Assembly: GCA_964270895.1 (NCBI GenBank)
Contig: OZ185435.1
DNA length: 64,000 nt
Reading direction: 5' to 3' (one strand)
Source: Podarcis filfolensis
Taxonomy: Eukaryota
The notes below the pieces were generated by a model. It was not told the DNA's origin. It searched no databases and was given only the letters and a program-made list of their open reading frames with translations. Below are positions 49,460 to 62,496 of the stretch, in pieces. The position numbers were made by a program, and so were the translations under genes. Each line of letters opens with the position of its first letter. The first letter of the stretch is position 1.

Positions 49460-49824
49460 GGGATGCGGGTGGCGCTGTGGTCTAAACCACTGAGCCTCTT
49501 GGGCTTGCCGATCAGAAGGTCGGTGGTTCGAATCCCCGCAACGGGGTGAGCTCCCATTGCTCGGTCCCTGCTCCTGCCAACCTAGCAGTTCAAAAGCACA
49601 TCAAAGTGCAAGTAGATAAATAGGTACCGCTCTGGCAGGAAGGTAAACGGCGTTTCCGTGCACTGCTCTGGTTTCGCCAGAAGCGGCTTAGTCATGCTGG
49701 CCACATAACCCGGAAAAACTGTCTGCGGACAAACGTCAGCTCCCTTGGCCAGTAAAGTGAAATGAGCACCGCAACCCCAGAGTCGTTTGCGACTGGACTT
49801 AACTATCAGGGTTCCTTTAACTTT
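49460..49824 (+). mobile_element. Sauria SINE, subfamily 1
   Basis: ggga(t)gcgggtggcgctgtgg..gttcgaatcccc..gtgcaagtagataaatagg. 13-bp TSD TAAATGTGCTCAG. Confidence 0.92.
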
Positions 49825-52639
49825 TAAATGTGCTCAGTTTCATTTGTTAAAAAGTCTCCACCTTTAAGCATTAGCTCTTAGGCTGAAGTGTGCCTGCTTG
49901 CTTTTTGCTGACCCAAGTTTGAAGTTTTAAAAAATGTACTAGGGAACTAATGAAATTGCTGGACATTCAAATGGGAAGGATGCAGCAAAAGGTTATGAAT
50001 GGGAGCCTGTACGTTTCTGACCAAAGAGGCCATTATATATATTAGGAACATAAACTGGAGAAATTCAAAGCATGCACAATTACCGGCTATATGCATGTGG
50101 GGCTGAATGTATGTGTATGAATACAATTGCACATGAATCTAATCAATACATTCATTCCTTATTAGAACATAATTACACATCCCAGGAGGCTGGAATTGAA
50201 AAGTCCCATTAACCCCTCGTGCCCTTTCCAGTTTTTCTCTGCCTTTCCCTCTAACAGACTTCTATGTCACTCCACTCATTAGAGGCTACTGTCTATGACA
50301 TTGTTACATAAATAAGGATGTCGATCTGTCAGAATGGGTCTCCCAGCTCAAGGGTGATGACAAATATCTGTCCCCCTGAATTAGGCTAAAGACAGTAGAA
50401 TACAGGACAGCTACTGTTGATTATTGGATAGTTAATGCATAGAGGACAAAAGGTGCTGAAGCTTGGTCACTTTTTGAAATCATTAATATGGATTTAGGCC
50501 TATTGTTTAAGAAAACTAGGTTAACAATGGCATGCTTATTTTTTTTTATTTTGGGTACTGCTTATATAGGGTTTATGGCTTCATAATGTCAAAGGCAAGT
50601 TCTTTAGCGGAGATCAGTGAAATGTATTGTTCAGCTATAGGAACAGCTGGGAACAAAGTTATAATGTATTTGCCAAACTCTTTAGGTGGCAGAGAATTTA
50701 GCTTCCTTAAGAAAGAAAGAAAAAACAAGACATACTATGGGTGGGGGAGGGAATAACTACAGGAAATCATATATCCAGTAGAACAATTTTCACTTTGGGA
50801 ACAGCCTTGGAGAACTATCACATGGTTTGCACTGTAAATGACTGCTTTATTACCAAGACTCTCTGAAATTTCACTCTGCCTTCAAACTATGTCTGCCATT
50901 TAAATAACAGGAAGGGGACAGAAAAGTTTTCGCAATCGAGAATCTCTTATTAGGCGAGCTTTTCCTTTTTAACACTCATCACAGATGTTGCAAGTGTTGC
51001 AAGCAACACTTAAAAATCAGAGTTGTATATTGGTGGGTTCCACAGGCAAGTGTTGCTGTTTGCAGAAACAGAATGCACAATGGAAAGAACCAATGACGCC
51101 AAATCTACAGTTTGATGACGTTTCCTAACTTCTGTGGCGTATATCAGGGGCAGTGAACATGAGGCCCAAATGTGTTCCACCAGGCCTCTCTGGCACTTCG
51201 AACTTGCCCCCACACTCCCCCTACTTCACACATGATTGTAATGTGTCCTTGGCACTCTCATAATGCCTCCTGATAGTTGGGATGAAGGATGAAGGGGTGT
51301 GTGAGTGTGTGTAGGAACTAGTTTACTGCACAAAGGTAAAGTTTTTCATTAGTTGATGTGCCCACTTTTGCCTCTGGCTCCACCCACCAATGGCATATGG
51401 CCCTCAGAAGGCTGCCCAGAGGTGAATTTAGCCTTCAGGCTGAAAAAAGGTTCCCAACGCCTGGTCTATGTATATTCAGGACCTTCTCAATGAACTATAG
51501 CAAACTCTTAAATGTTCCTGTTCCTCTTCAGGCTTTCATTTGTCCTCACAAGGTTAATTGTGTGGGCAAATGCTTCTGTCTCCTCCTCTGGCAACAATTG
51601 TGGACAGGCCACTGTTTTTGTGTTCCCTGTGAACAATTGACAATCTAGGCCAATTCAATCTAGGCCAATTTATATATTTAAAAGAATGTTTGCAGATTAA
51701 AATGAAAAGGTCGATTTATAGCCATGCCTTCGTCCGCATGACTTTTCCAGCCTTGCTCTGTGCAGGAGTGTGTCCTAAAAACACCGCCACACATCTCTCC
51801 AAAAGATGATTTGGCTTGAGAGTTCTTATGGACCAAGGCTTTGTCAGCCAATAATATCACCACATGAGCCAGCTCAGTAGTGTAGAGTAGCTGTAATTCT
51901 CTCCATGCTTCCCTCCCTCTAATTTCCTCCACCCTGAGGGAGCAACTGTTGCAAGGAGTATCTCCCTTTTCCTGGCACGGGGACACATGGAAAGTTTCTG
52001 CTAAGTTATTGTAGTCGGAATTCTCAATCATGTTGGGGATGCCAGGAACCAAACAACAATCTTTTGAGTCCAGCAGGATCAACAAGTCAGCCTGTTAAGC
52101 CACCGTGCCAGTTTTTAAAAAGCTGATTTTAAGTAGAGCTTTGTGAGCTGACTGCAGTTCATTCACATCTTTATCCAGACGCGGTGACAGAAACCTAGCA
52201 GGGAAAAAAAAATGAAGGCTGATCAAAACCAGGGATATGTAGAACTCCTAAATTTAATTTGGCTGGGAAATACTCAAAGGAATCTTTGCCAGCTTGGTGG
52301 GAAAGTTTAAGCATACATACTTGCCAAGAGCAAAGTTCACTTTAGGAATAGACAATAGCCCTTTTCACATGACAATACAGTGTGAGCAAATGTGCACATC
52401 GACCAGAGAGGATTGGGTTCCACCCCCTGACTTCCATGCATTCTTCTGAACCCGTGTACAGCACCTATGCATGTCCACATTGTACACGTCTGGGCCCTGA
52501 GCACAGAATCAGGTCCCCTGGCAAATCCAGAGTGAACCTCTTGTATACTACTTGTATGCATGCAGAGTCTGGGCACAGGTTCATGTGCAACCCTGACTCA
52601 CCTGGCACTACTTCCATGTGTTTATTAATTCCTGGATAA

Positions 52640-52860
52640 TCCTATGGAAGGGAGCACAGAAAAATAGTGGAAAACATTATTAGGGGTGAAATTATCAAGC
52701 CTATAGAAGCACAAGTCATGCCAAAGTAAGACAAGCATGGTAAATCCTGTCTCACTAACCTTTTTGGAGAGTGTCGGTAAGACTACAGAGCTAATGACCC
52801 AGTAGCCATTGCGTACTCAGCCTTAAGCAAACTTAAAAGTCCCTCACCAGCCCTGGAATA
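52640..52860 (+). mobile_element. CR1 reverse-transcriptase remnant
   Basis: Degenerate IIK.IE..QHG..GKSCLTNL..FESV..DPV.I.Y..F.K.F.KVPH. Confidence 0.65.
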
Positions 52861-52982
52861 AGAAGACAGGTCCTCTTATGGATCTAGGAGCAGTTGGTGC
52901 CGCAGAGCACCAATGTCTGCATACAAATCTGTGGGACAACTACCCTGGTGCTAGTCACCACACCTCAAAAAAAAAAAAAGTA

Positions 52983-53224
52983 CAGTGGTACCTCGGGTTA
53001 CATACGCTTCAGGTTACATACGCCTCAGGTTACAGACTCCGCTAACCCAGAAATATTACCTCAGGTTAAGAACTTTGCTTCAGGATGAGAACAGAAATCG
53101 TGCAGTGGCGGCGCAGTGGCAGCAGGAGGCCCCATTAGCTAAAGTGGTGCTTCAGGTTAAGAACAGTTTCAGGTTAAGAACAGACCTCCAGAACAAATTA
53201 AGTTCTTAACCCAAGGTACCACTG
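52983..53224. mobile_element. Tigger/pogo-type MITE, family A
   Basis: TIRs, TA flanks, three subterminal repeats. Confidence 0.92.
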
Positions 53225-53474
53225 TAGAGCAATATGCTCAGGGATTTGGACAGTGAGATGAGGTGAGGGCATTTAGCCTCCTGTCACTGACCAGCAGTGG
53301 AAGAGGCCAGGCAGCAGTGAGGTCAGTGTGGTGCAAACAAGGAAATGTTACATCACTGGTGGGTATATAGAGGTATGTCTTCATGCAGTGCAAAACTAAA
53401 ACTATGGGTGCTCACTTAGACTGCTTCAAAAAGAGAGGATAAGATTTATGATGGCTATCTGCTAACTCCAGTTT

Positions 53475-53610
53475 CAGAGTGAACACCAGTCATAGAAGAT
53501 GGGGCTTGTGTTCAGCTTCTTAGGGATCCCGTAGGCAACTATCTGGCCACTGTGGAAAATGAGATGCTGGGCTAGATATTCCTTTGGTCTGAATCAGCAG
53601 GTCTCTCACA
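53475..53610 (+). mobile_element. CR1 3'-end remnant
   Basis: ggcaactatctggccactgtgg..gatgctgggctagat..tggtctga.tcagcagg. Confidence 0.6.
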
Positions 53611-54051
53611 TTCTTCACAAAACTGACAGGTGGATTCATGAAACCTTTCAAGAAGCTGAACCAAACACTCAGAATGGACTGCTTAGGACCAAACTAGACA
53701 TGAGAGTGGTACCACTCAGTGTGGGTTGTGCCAGATATTCCTATTCTTTCACTGTGTGCACATCCCTTTAGAGACATGCAGAACAGGATGCTAAACCAAG
53801 AGAAAACCCCAAACCAGTTTTTTTTTAATGTTGCTTTTCTCTTGGAAGCTGTTGCTTCTGGTTTTGGAGCCTCACTGGGAGAAAAACAGCTGGAACAATA
53901 TGAAGGGGGAAAGCACACGCAGGGGAAGGATCCAGCACCACTACCCTCTTTCCAACCCAATACACTTTAAGCTTTCCCTCTCTCCCTCCCTCCCTCTCTC
54001 TCTGGATTCAGCCACAGCTTGATTCTAACATATGGGTTAGCTACCATCGTG

Positions 54052-54425
54052 GGACGCATTTTGTGGGACGCGGGTGGTGCTGTGGGTAAAACCTCAGCGC
54101 CTAGGACTTGCCGATCGCATGGTCGGCGGTTCAAATCCCCGCGGCGGGGTGCGCTCCCGTTGCTCGGTCCAAACGCCTGCCAACCTAGCAGTTCGAAAGC
54201 ACCCCCGGGTGCAAGTAGATAAATAGGGACCGCTTACCAGTGGGAAGGTAAACGGCGTTCCGTGTGCTGCGCTGGCTCGCCAGATGCAGCTTGTCACGCT
54301 GGCCACGTGACCCGGAAGTGTCTGCGGACAGCGCTGGCTCCCGGCCTATAGAGTGAGATGAGCGCACAACCCTAGAGTCTGGCAAGACTGGCCCGTACGG
54401 GCAGGGGTACCTTTACCTTTTACCT
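54052..54425 (+). mobile_element. Sauria SINE, subfamily 2 (young, CpG-rich)
   Basis: Full length with (ACCTTT)n tail. 10-bp TSD TACCATCGTG (54042-54051, 54426-54435). Confidence 0.94.
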
Positions 54426-55179
54426 TACCATCGTGTTTAGTTTGGCTCACAGGCTATTAATATTTGACTCTATAACTAGTCTCTATTCTCAGCATGAAGT
54501 CTTTGAACACACTTCAGGTTTTTTAAAAAGGAGAAAGGACAAGGTTCCACCAGAACTTCATATTTCCTGTAATTGAAATTGAAGCAGCATTCATGCCCTG
54601 CCAGGAGATCGTTTTAAAGGAGCAGAAGAATCATTGTCATCCGTCATAGTAATCGCACCATAATGTAAGTTGCCATTATCAAGGGCAAAACGCTTTGTGT
54701 TATCAGAGGAGAAAATGCTATGAGTTTCTGGCGTTTGACTATCTTCTTATTCATATTAACAGCTGCCTTCATTTGACACCAAACAGGATGCCAGATATTA
54801 AGCAATACTGGAGGACCTTGTTACTTTGAGCTAGAGAGAGAAATGAAGGGAATTGTTATCTTGGCCCAATGTTAATTTGACACTAGCTTGGGGAACACAC
54901 GCAAAGAAACACATACCACACGTTACGAAAATCCCCAAATCTTTGAAAAGGAATTGTAATCTAAATATGTCAAAGATACCAGTAGATAGTAAGGCCTACA
55001 TGATAATTTTTTTAACAACAGTTGGTAAAACCAATCGCTGGCACAGACCTCAGGGCTGTTGAAATAAATTCACAGAAACCTTTCTTGCTAATGCAGAAAA
55101 TGACGACAGCTGCCACAGCTGCTGAACTGCAGGAAAGTGGTAGCCAAGACTAATATTTCCCAGTGTGTTTCTAAAGAGC

Positions 55180-55183
<4 letters not shown>

Positions 55184-55214
<31 letters not shown>
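55184..55214. repeat. (GT)n microsatellite
   Basis: About 15 units. Confidence 0.97.
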
Positions 55215-55217
<3 letters not shown>

Positions 55218-55454
55218 GATCATGTAAATGTCTCATGGGCTCCTTTGATTTGCTAAAATGCAAGGGCTAAATTAAATATTGGGGGAAATGGTAGTGGGTG
55301 CCCTTGTAATTGAATAAATATTTCCCAATGTGTTTTGAATATCTTTATCAGGGACAATTGTTCACTGGCTTTGCTGATTTATTTGCTATTGTTGTTTCAT
55401 TTGCCAAGTAAAATATACTTTGGCATGAAGGCAAATTTACACACACAAATATGT

Positions 55455-55635
55455 AATTTTACTATTATTATTGAACAACAATAATAGTAGAAATTATATA
55501 TTATTATATATTAGTAGTATATTACTGTTATTACATAATAATTATATTACTATTACATACTGCTATGGTACTATTATATTGGCTATTATATTACTGATAT
55601 TATTATAATTAATATTTCTATATTACATTGTAGTT
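55455..55635. repeat. AT-rich low-complexity tract
   Basis: Degenerate (TAT/TAC)n and (ATATT)n. Confidence 0.8.
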
Positions 55636-57161
55636 GTTTGTTCTTATGATAAAAATATTGGGTTGGATCCAGATGGCTTAGTCATATTTGGTACCAGTGG
55701 GTAGAATCTAGGCATGGCTCTAACCTATTAAGCCTGTTGGACATTTCAGAGATTGTTGTGCTATTCTAAGGTGCCTTGTGAACCCTGATTTTGTACTATT
55801 ATTTTTGACAAATAATATAGTAAGGGAGCAATAACCCCATGGGTCATACCTGTCCCACAGGCTACTGGTTTTCCACCTCTTCTGTGCATATATACTCAGG
55901 AATAAGTTCCATTAAAGTCAACAGAGCTTTCTCCCTGCTAGGTAGATATAGGATTACAGCCTTAATTTCATTTGATAACAGTAAGTTCTTCTTTTCACAG
56001 ATTCTTTAGCTTCACTGTTCAGGACTAGAATGGAATTCATAGCACTTCAAGCAGTTGATTGTCAAGATCTGTACTAGTTTTTATTACTGATTTGAAGAGT
56101 TTTGTGTTACATTGTTGCTGTTGTTTTAAAAAAGTGACATTAGTTATTAAAAGCATTCTGGTTAACTAATATGCTGGTACTAAACTGCTGCTAATATTAA
56201 TTAGTTAATATTAATTAATTTTGCACACGGCCCTTCAGCCAAAGATCTCTGTGGAGTTCATGGCATAAAACATCTAGTCTGTATTTATCTTCTTCAAAGT
56301 TTTTGTGCAGAACCAATCAAAATGTGCACCTACTGCAGTGCTGAGGAAGAAACACTGGTGGTGTGCCCATATGAAACTGGACTGTGTTTGCATTAGGTTT
56401 TGAATGACTAGAAGTAGCTAGGCCATGCCTTTCTGCCTCATCATAAGTTGAAACTTTGTGTGTGTGTATATGTCATTATCCCTTTAAATCAGCTTCCCCA
56501 AATCAGCTGGGGCTGGTGGGAGCTGTAGTTCAAAACATCTGGAGGGCACCGGGTTGGAGAAGGCGCCTTTAAATGCATTCCAGATTTCTTGTCCCCAGTT
56601 ACCTGAGGGCAACTGAGATCATCCAGCAATGCTATTTATTACACAAGATTACAGTGACATGGAGACCTGCAGTCAGTTTGAATAACAAGGCATTTCAGAT
56701 AAGAAATTGCATCACAGGGAACACATTTCAGGAGGGAAAAATTCCAATCATTCAAGTCTAAGGAGTTGCTGACCTTCTGGCAAAGACTCTATGATAAGGG
56801 TAGGTCTCGGAGAGCTGGAAGAAAGGGCAATAACCCTGGTGCTTCAGCACTCATGCAATGCCCAAGCCATGCTGAGGCTGCAAATGTGTTTTCTGGGGTT
56901 AATCCCCTTTTTCCAGTGCTCCCCCCCAGTCTTTCAGCGTTTTATGTTTATATTGTAATGGCCATTGGCTACAGACAATAACCATAACTTGACTGAAACT
57001 GGGTTGCCATACTAATGGGCAAGAAGTAATAGAACCTGTGCAATACACAATAATTTGGTTACTAAATCCATAAATTTGTTAAGAGTAAATTTGGTACATC
57101 TGGCAAGCCCATGTAGAATGGGTGGGAATATGGGAGCCTAATCTGTTTCTTTACCACTAAG

Positions 57162-57272
57162 GTCAAACCTGCTATTGACCATTGTCCCAAATGGCAGCCG
57201 AATTGTTTACCAGACTTGTTGACGCTAGTCCAGCAAGAACTGAGGCAGATGTCACATACAAAGTGGAGGACG
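57162..57272 (+). CDS. Candidate 111-nt phase 0-0 exon (VKPAIDHCPKWQPNCLPDLLTLVQQELRQMSHTKWRT)
   Basis: tgtttctttaccactaag| acceptor and acg|gtatct donor. Only frame 0 is open throughout. Not recognised. Confidence 0.22.
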
Positions 57273-57832
57273 GTATCTGCTTGGAAGGCACTGATACAAG
57301 TGGTGTTGGTGACAATGCAAATAGTTATCCTTCCCATATTTACCCTTATTGCAATATTTGCCCTTATGACTATTTCTTTATTTGTGTTAAGTTTCAAGAC
57401 TTGCTTTTTTTGTTGCTACTCTGCAAAGAGCCGTGCATGCTGGCAGCAGTATATGAACTGGTCTTTCTCAGTCTGGTGTCCCCAATATATTTTGGACTAC
57501 AACTCACATCAGTCCTGCCCTGCCTGCTGTTCAGGCATGATGGGATTTGTGGTTCAGTAATATCTGGAGGGCACCCTGTTGAGTGTAGAGCAATATATAA
57601 AGAAGTTAACTTAGGGAACCTGATCAAATCTTGCTCACCGCATGATCTTGGCCTGTCACCAATTTTTAATAATAATTTTAAAAATCCAGAATGCATTGGG
57701 ATATAAATGTCAATGGAAATAATAAATCTATGGCTTCCCAAATGAGGAATATGGTAGAACCAGAGAATGATGACATTATTGTTTGTCAGTCACAGGCTGA
57801 ACAGGTGTTTTGGAGACGGAGGTTTCGAAGTA

Positions 57833-58058
57833 CAGTAGTACCTCGGGTTAAGTACTTAATTTGTTCCGGAGGTCCGTTCTTAACCTGAAACTGTTCTTAA
57901 CCTGAAGCACCACTTTAGCTAATGGGGCCTCCCGCTGCTGTCGTGCCGCCGGAGCACGATTTCTGTTCTCATCCTGAAGCAAAGTTCTTAACCTGAAGCA
58001 CTATTTATGGGTTAGCGGAGTCTGTAACCTGAAGCGTATGTAACCTGAGGTACCACTG
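57833..58058. mobile_element. Tigger/pogo-type MITE, family A
   Basis: TIRs and TA flanks. Confidence 0.92.
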
Positions 58059-58314
58059 TATCCTGTGTAAGCAGAAAGATACTTCCACTCGTGCAAGTTT
58101 TCTCTCCCTGATTTCCACAAAATTCCTACTCCCACTCAAGTATGCTGCAGTACATTCCATGCTGTTCCGAAAGATGTCCCAGTCCTCAGGAATAGCATGT
58201 CAGAGGTACAGAACACGGTACATAGCACTATGTAGCAACCCTACAATACTACGTAGCAGAGGTCTACTTGCACTTTTATGGATCTAGAACAACAATAATA
58301 CACCAGAGTTCTTT

Positions 58315-58738
58315 TTGGTAGCCATCTGTCTCAAGAGACAATGGGGTGTGCCTCCAGGAGTGAAGTCAAACAGCTGTGTTAGTGACCGGCTGCGTTAGTG
58401 ACCGGGGAGCACCAAAGTGACTTCCCTGAGGTGCAAGCTTGGGCAGTGTGTATGGAGGTCCTGGGCTGCCCAGATGACAAGACCTCCCTCTTGGTCTCAC
58501 TGATGTGCTCCAAAGGAAAACAGAGCAATATAGTTGGCATGAGCCTGGCTGCAGGAGTTGCCAGAAGGAGGCATACAAAGTGCTAGCCAACAGTCTTAGG
58601 GAGTCTACTCCAGAATTGTGTAGGGTTTACTCCTTAGCCTTTTCTCCTCCTGAAGATATCTTGCAAGGCAGCAAAGATTTAGGATCAGAGTTTTCCTTAA
58701 CCTGGATAGGCTACCTTCCCAGGTTGACGAGCCCCATC
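58315..58738 (-). mobile_element. Non-coding interspersed repeat, probably an RTE-related non-autonomous element
   Basis: Minus strand begins gatggggctcgtcaacctgggaaggtagcc and resembles RTE 5'-UTR-type lizard repeats. Family uncertain. Confidence 0.5.
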
Positions 58739-60738
58739 AAAGCATTTGTTTTCAATTTGTATAGCAGTGGTGCCAGAGTTGCCTCCCAGTAGAAGGACCA
58801 AAAATGTTTTGTGCAGTCAAAGATTGTTCATGTTTATTTGAGAGAAAATCCCACTGTATCCAATGGAACTTATTTCCAGATTTATATGCCTGTGTCTCTA
58901 GCTTTAGTTATTTACTGTACATCAACACCCATTCATATAAGATCACCAGTCTCTAAGTCCCATTTGTGCCACAGAACAAGTGTGTGGTCCTTTCCCCACC
59001 CCTCTCACCTGGCTTGTACATAGGAGAACAATTGCTAGAGTTGAGGCCGCCTACAGCTGGAAGCCGGAGGCAGAAGGTTGGAAGCTGCTGAACGAGAGAG
59101 TTGTCTTGCTCTGTGCTGGACTTTGGGGCACCCCTGGAAACCTAAAGGGGTGTAAATGCTGTGAGCCCTTCCATCCTATGAACTGACATTGTCAGGATTC
59201 TTTGAGCTGTGTGCTTTCAATGATCGGATGTACACAGCCTCTTCTCTCTCCATCCTACACCACTAGGAGAGCAAAGGGAACGTTGAAAATACACAATATG
59301 CAGTGTTTAATGGCATAACAAACTCACACAATCCTTCCATTCCACACCCACCCCACCATTCAATGGTGTCTCCACATAAGACAACAGAGCTATCTTGATC
59401 TAGACCAACTGTGACCTGTTCCAAAAATATTTTTTTAAAAAATGAATTTATTTATATATATGATAAATCATATGGTCTGAACAAAGAGGCCTGAATTGTT
59501 ATCCCGGAAGGCAAATGAAATAAACATGCAACAATAGAAGACATTGCTAGACAGAAGATGAAAAGAAGCAAGGCTATTAAAAAATTTGGCAATGGAGATA
59601 AAACATTCTGAAAACAAATGATGGTGGAAGAAATTCCAATTGTTGTGTCTATGACTGGTGTACTTCACTGAAATGTAGGTTGGAGAAGATTTAGGTAATG
59701 CAAAACATTGTTATAATTCCACAGAACTTACAACCCTCCAAATCTTTCATGTGTCACATTGTTTCATAAAGGCAAGATGCAATTCACCAGGTGAAATCTA
59801 GATGCCTGTACAAATGTAAGGATATATATATTCAAAATATAGATCTCCAAGTTGGCACATACCCTTGCTTTCAATCCACTAAGTAGCACAGATGAAGATT
59901 GTTTTGCATGTTATGTTTCAAATGCATTAATTTTTTATTGTCATGGACCACTTGAAAATGGTTGAATATGAATTGTTGAATATCAGCATTCAATATGTCT
60001 TCAACCACAGCTCCACAAACACATCACGGACCACCTGAATGACATTTGCGAACTACTGGTGGTCCGTGGATCACAGTTTGGGAACTCCTACACTAAACAA
60101 TGTGTGGAAAGATGTGCATAATGAACACACCGAACAGTAAAACTGAGTGTCATAGTTCACAAGACTCTGCAAGAGCCAAATTCCTGGGTACATAGACCAG
60201 AATGGCACATTAATAGCACAGCAGTACTGCAGATCTCCGGTTCCTTTTCTGCTTCCCACTTTATTCCTTTACTTTGGGACACAGGATTATAGCGTTCTGC
60301 ATTGCGACTCCTCTGCTCTGCCTAACCGGCAGCCCATTAGGAAAAAGTCACATGCTGGTGGCCACATCTCTTTCCAGTCATGTTCAGATGTGCTATTTGA
60401 TCATCAGAGCGGGAACAAACCTTGTGTGAAGTGATAAATGACAAAGCAGATCAAGGAAGTCACACTTCCCCCTTTCGCACTTCTGTGGGTGCATGATACG
60501 TCTTGTCAGTGGTGAGTTCCCCAAATACTAATCACACATCTCACAATGGGGCAGAAGCACAAGTTCCTCCTTCATACATCATCCAGATGCAAAAAGAGGA
60601 AGCATGACTCGGTTGCCTGTTGTCAATAATATGCAAATTTCCTCAGATAAAGGAGCAACCTGAGGGATGCCTTTAGCAACTCACTGAGGGCCGATAAGTT
60701 GAAAGCAAGTGAAAGCTGCAGCTCCATGGTTGCCTATA

Positions 60739-60980
60739 CAATGGTACCTCGGGTTAAGTACTTAATTCGTTCCGGAGGTCCGTTCTTAAACTGAAACTGT
60801 TCTTAACCTGAAGCACCACTTTAGCTAATGGGGCCTCCCGCTGCCGCCCTGCCGCCGGAGCACGATTTCTGTTCTCATCCTGAAGCAAAGTTCTTAACCT
60901 GAAGCATTATTTCTGGGTTAGCGGAGTCTGTAACCTGAAGCATATGTAACCTGAAGCGTTTGTAACCTGGGGTACCACTG
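60739..60980. mobile_element. Tigger/pogo-type MITE, family A
   Basis: TIRs, TA flanks, three subterminal repeats. Confidence 0.92.
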
Positions 60981-61384
60981 TACATACATCCTTACATTGT
61001 TGCCCTTCAAGAATGTACCCAAGTTGTGGACAATACATTTATCAATCCAACTCAGTCACCTGGAGGATGAAGGGAGCCTGTTCCACTATCCAGTTCTGTC
61101 ACCCAAGAGAACATGATATGACTGTCAATGGTTATAATGCAGGTGACTTCTTTTGTGAGTCGTTGTTCCTTAAGACTCCGTTTCCCTCACCAAGAGGAGC
61201 TGCAGTAGCAGGGAGAGGCAGGCTCTATTCTGTAATAGCCCCAATGGTTTAAAGAAATGCTGGAGGAAGCTTCCCAGTGTGCTACCAAATCAAATTTGTT
61301 TAAGGAATGGTGGGATGATGGGAACTGTAGTCCAAAAACAGCTGGAGACCCAAGTTTAGGAAACAGTGCACAAGATAATGATGA

Positions 61385-61685
61385 TGAAGATGATGATGAT
61401 AATTTATTTATACTCCGCCCATCTGACTGGGTTTCCCCAGCCACTCTGGGTGGCTTCCAACAAAAGATTAAAAGTACATTAAAACTTCTCTAAACAGGGC
61501 TGCCTTCAAATGTCTTCTAAAAGTCAGATAGTTGTTTATTTCCTTGACATCTGAGGGGAGGGCGTTACACAGGGCGGGCACCACTACCGAGAAGGCCCTC
61601 TGCCTGGTTCCCTGTAACCTCACTTCTCGTAGCGAGGGAACCACCAGAAGGCCCTCGGCACTGGAACTCAGTGTCTGGGTTCATC
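61385..61685 (-). mobile_element. L2-type LINE 3' fragment; a shorter tail lies at about 41215-41275
   Basis: ccgcccatctgactgggtttccccagccactctggg tail and a body homologous to 6620-7008. Confidence 0.75.
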
Positions 61686-62409
61686 TTTGCTACAACTGAG
61701 GCTAGAGTATTTAACCTGGCTTTAGATGGGACAAGCTCAGTCAATCAAGCCTGATTCACACAGGCTTGTATCAATCGTATATAGCCATTTCCCCCTTTAA
61801 GATAAGAGTCTTAAAGAGTCCCTTAACAAGTGGAAACACCCTGCTGTATCATTAAGCATCTTAATCTATTAACCTGCCAGTAATCCATACCCCTTAATCC
61901 TTAAAATTAGGGTATTATTTCCCTAGTATGTGCCATATGTGACACTTAAGTACTTTCCAGAAGGGGAGCTGAGTTAGCCTCAGTTGTAGCAAAGATGAAC
62001 AAAGAGTCTTGTGGGGCCTTGGGGATTCTTGGCTGTTTTTCCTTAAGTGCTCATAATTGCAGCAAGCAAAGAAAAACAATAAATATGAGTGGCTCATACA
62101 ATATGAGAAATTGTGTAAAGGCCCAGTGTTCAACTTTTTAATAGAAATAGCTGCAGTATAACTTTCCCACAAGCAACTGGACACTAGTATTTTTAGCCAG
62201 TTGAGGCCAGTGTATGTTAAGAATAGCAATTGCTACAGTGGGAAAATGCACAGTTTCTATTATGGGGGCAGCCAGAACAACAGCTGGCTGGCGATGCATT
62301 CATATGAAATATGCAATTATACAGAGCACATAAGAATAAATTTTATAAACTGTTTACAGTGGGAATTGTGAAAAGACAATGGCATATTGTGGCCTTCTTT
62401 TGGTCGTAG

Positions 62410-62496
62410 GCACAGTATTTGCCTTCGTGAATGGCAAAAGCCAAGGCCGCTCTGTTTATGGGACGCTTCCTGCAAAAGAGCCTTCAGTAGAACAAC
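62410..62496 (+). CDS. Candidate 87-nt symmetric exon (phase 1: GTVFAFVNGKSQGRSVYGTLPAKEPSVEQ)
   Basis: ccttcttttggtcgtag| acceptor and aac|gtaggt donor, length divisible by 3, retained CpGs. Not recognised. Confidence 0.27.
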
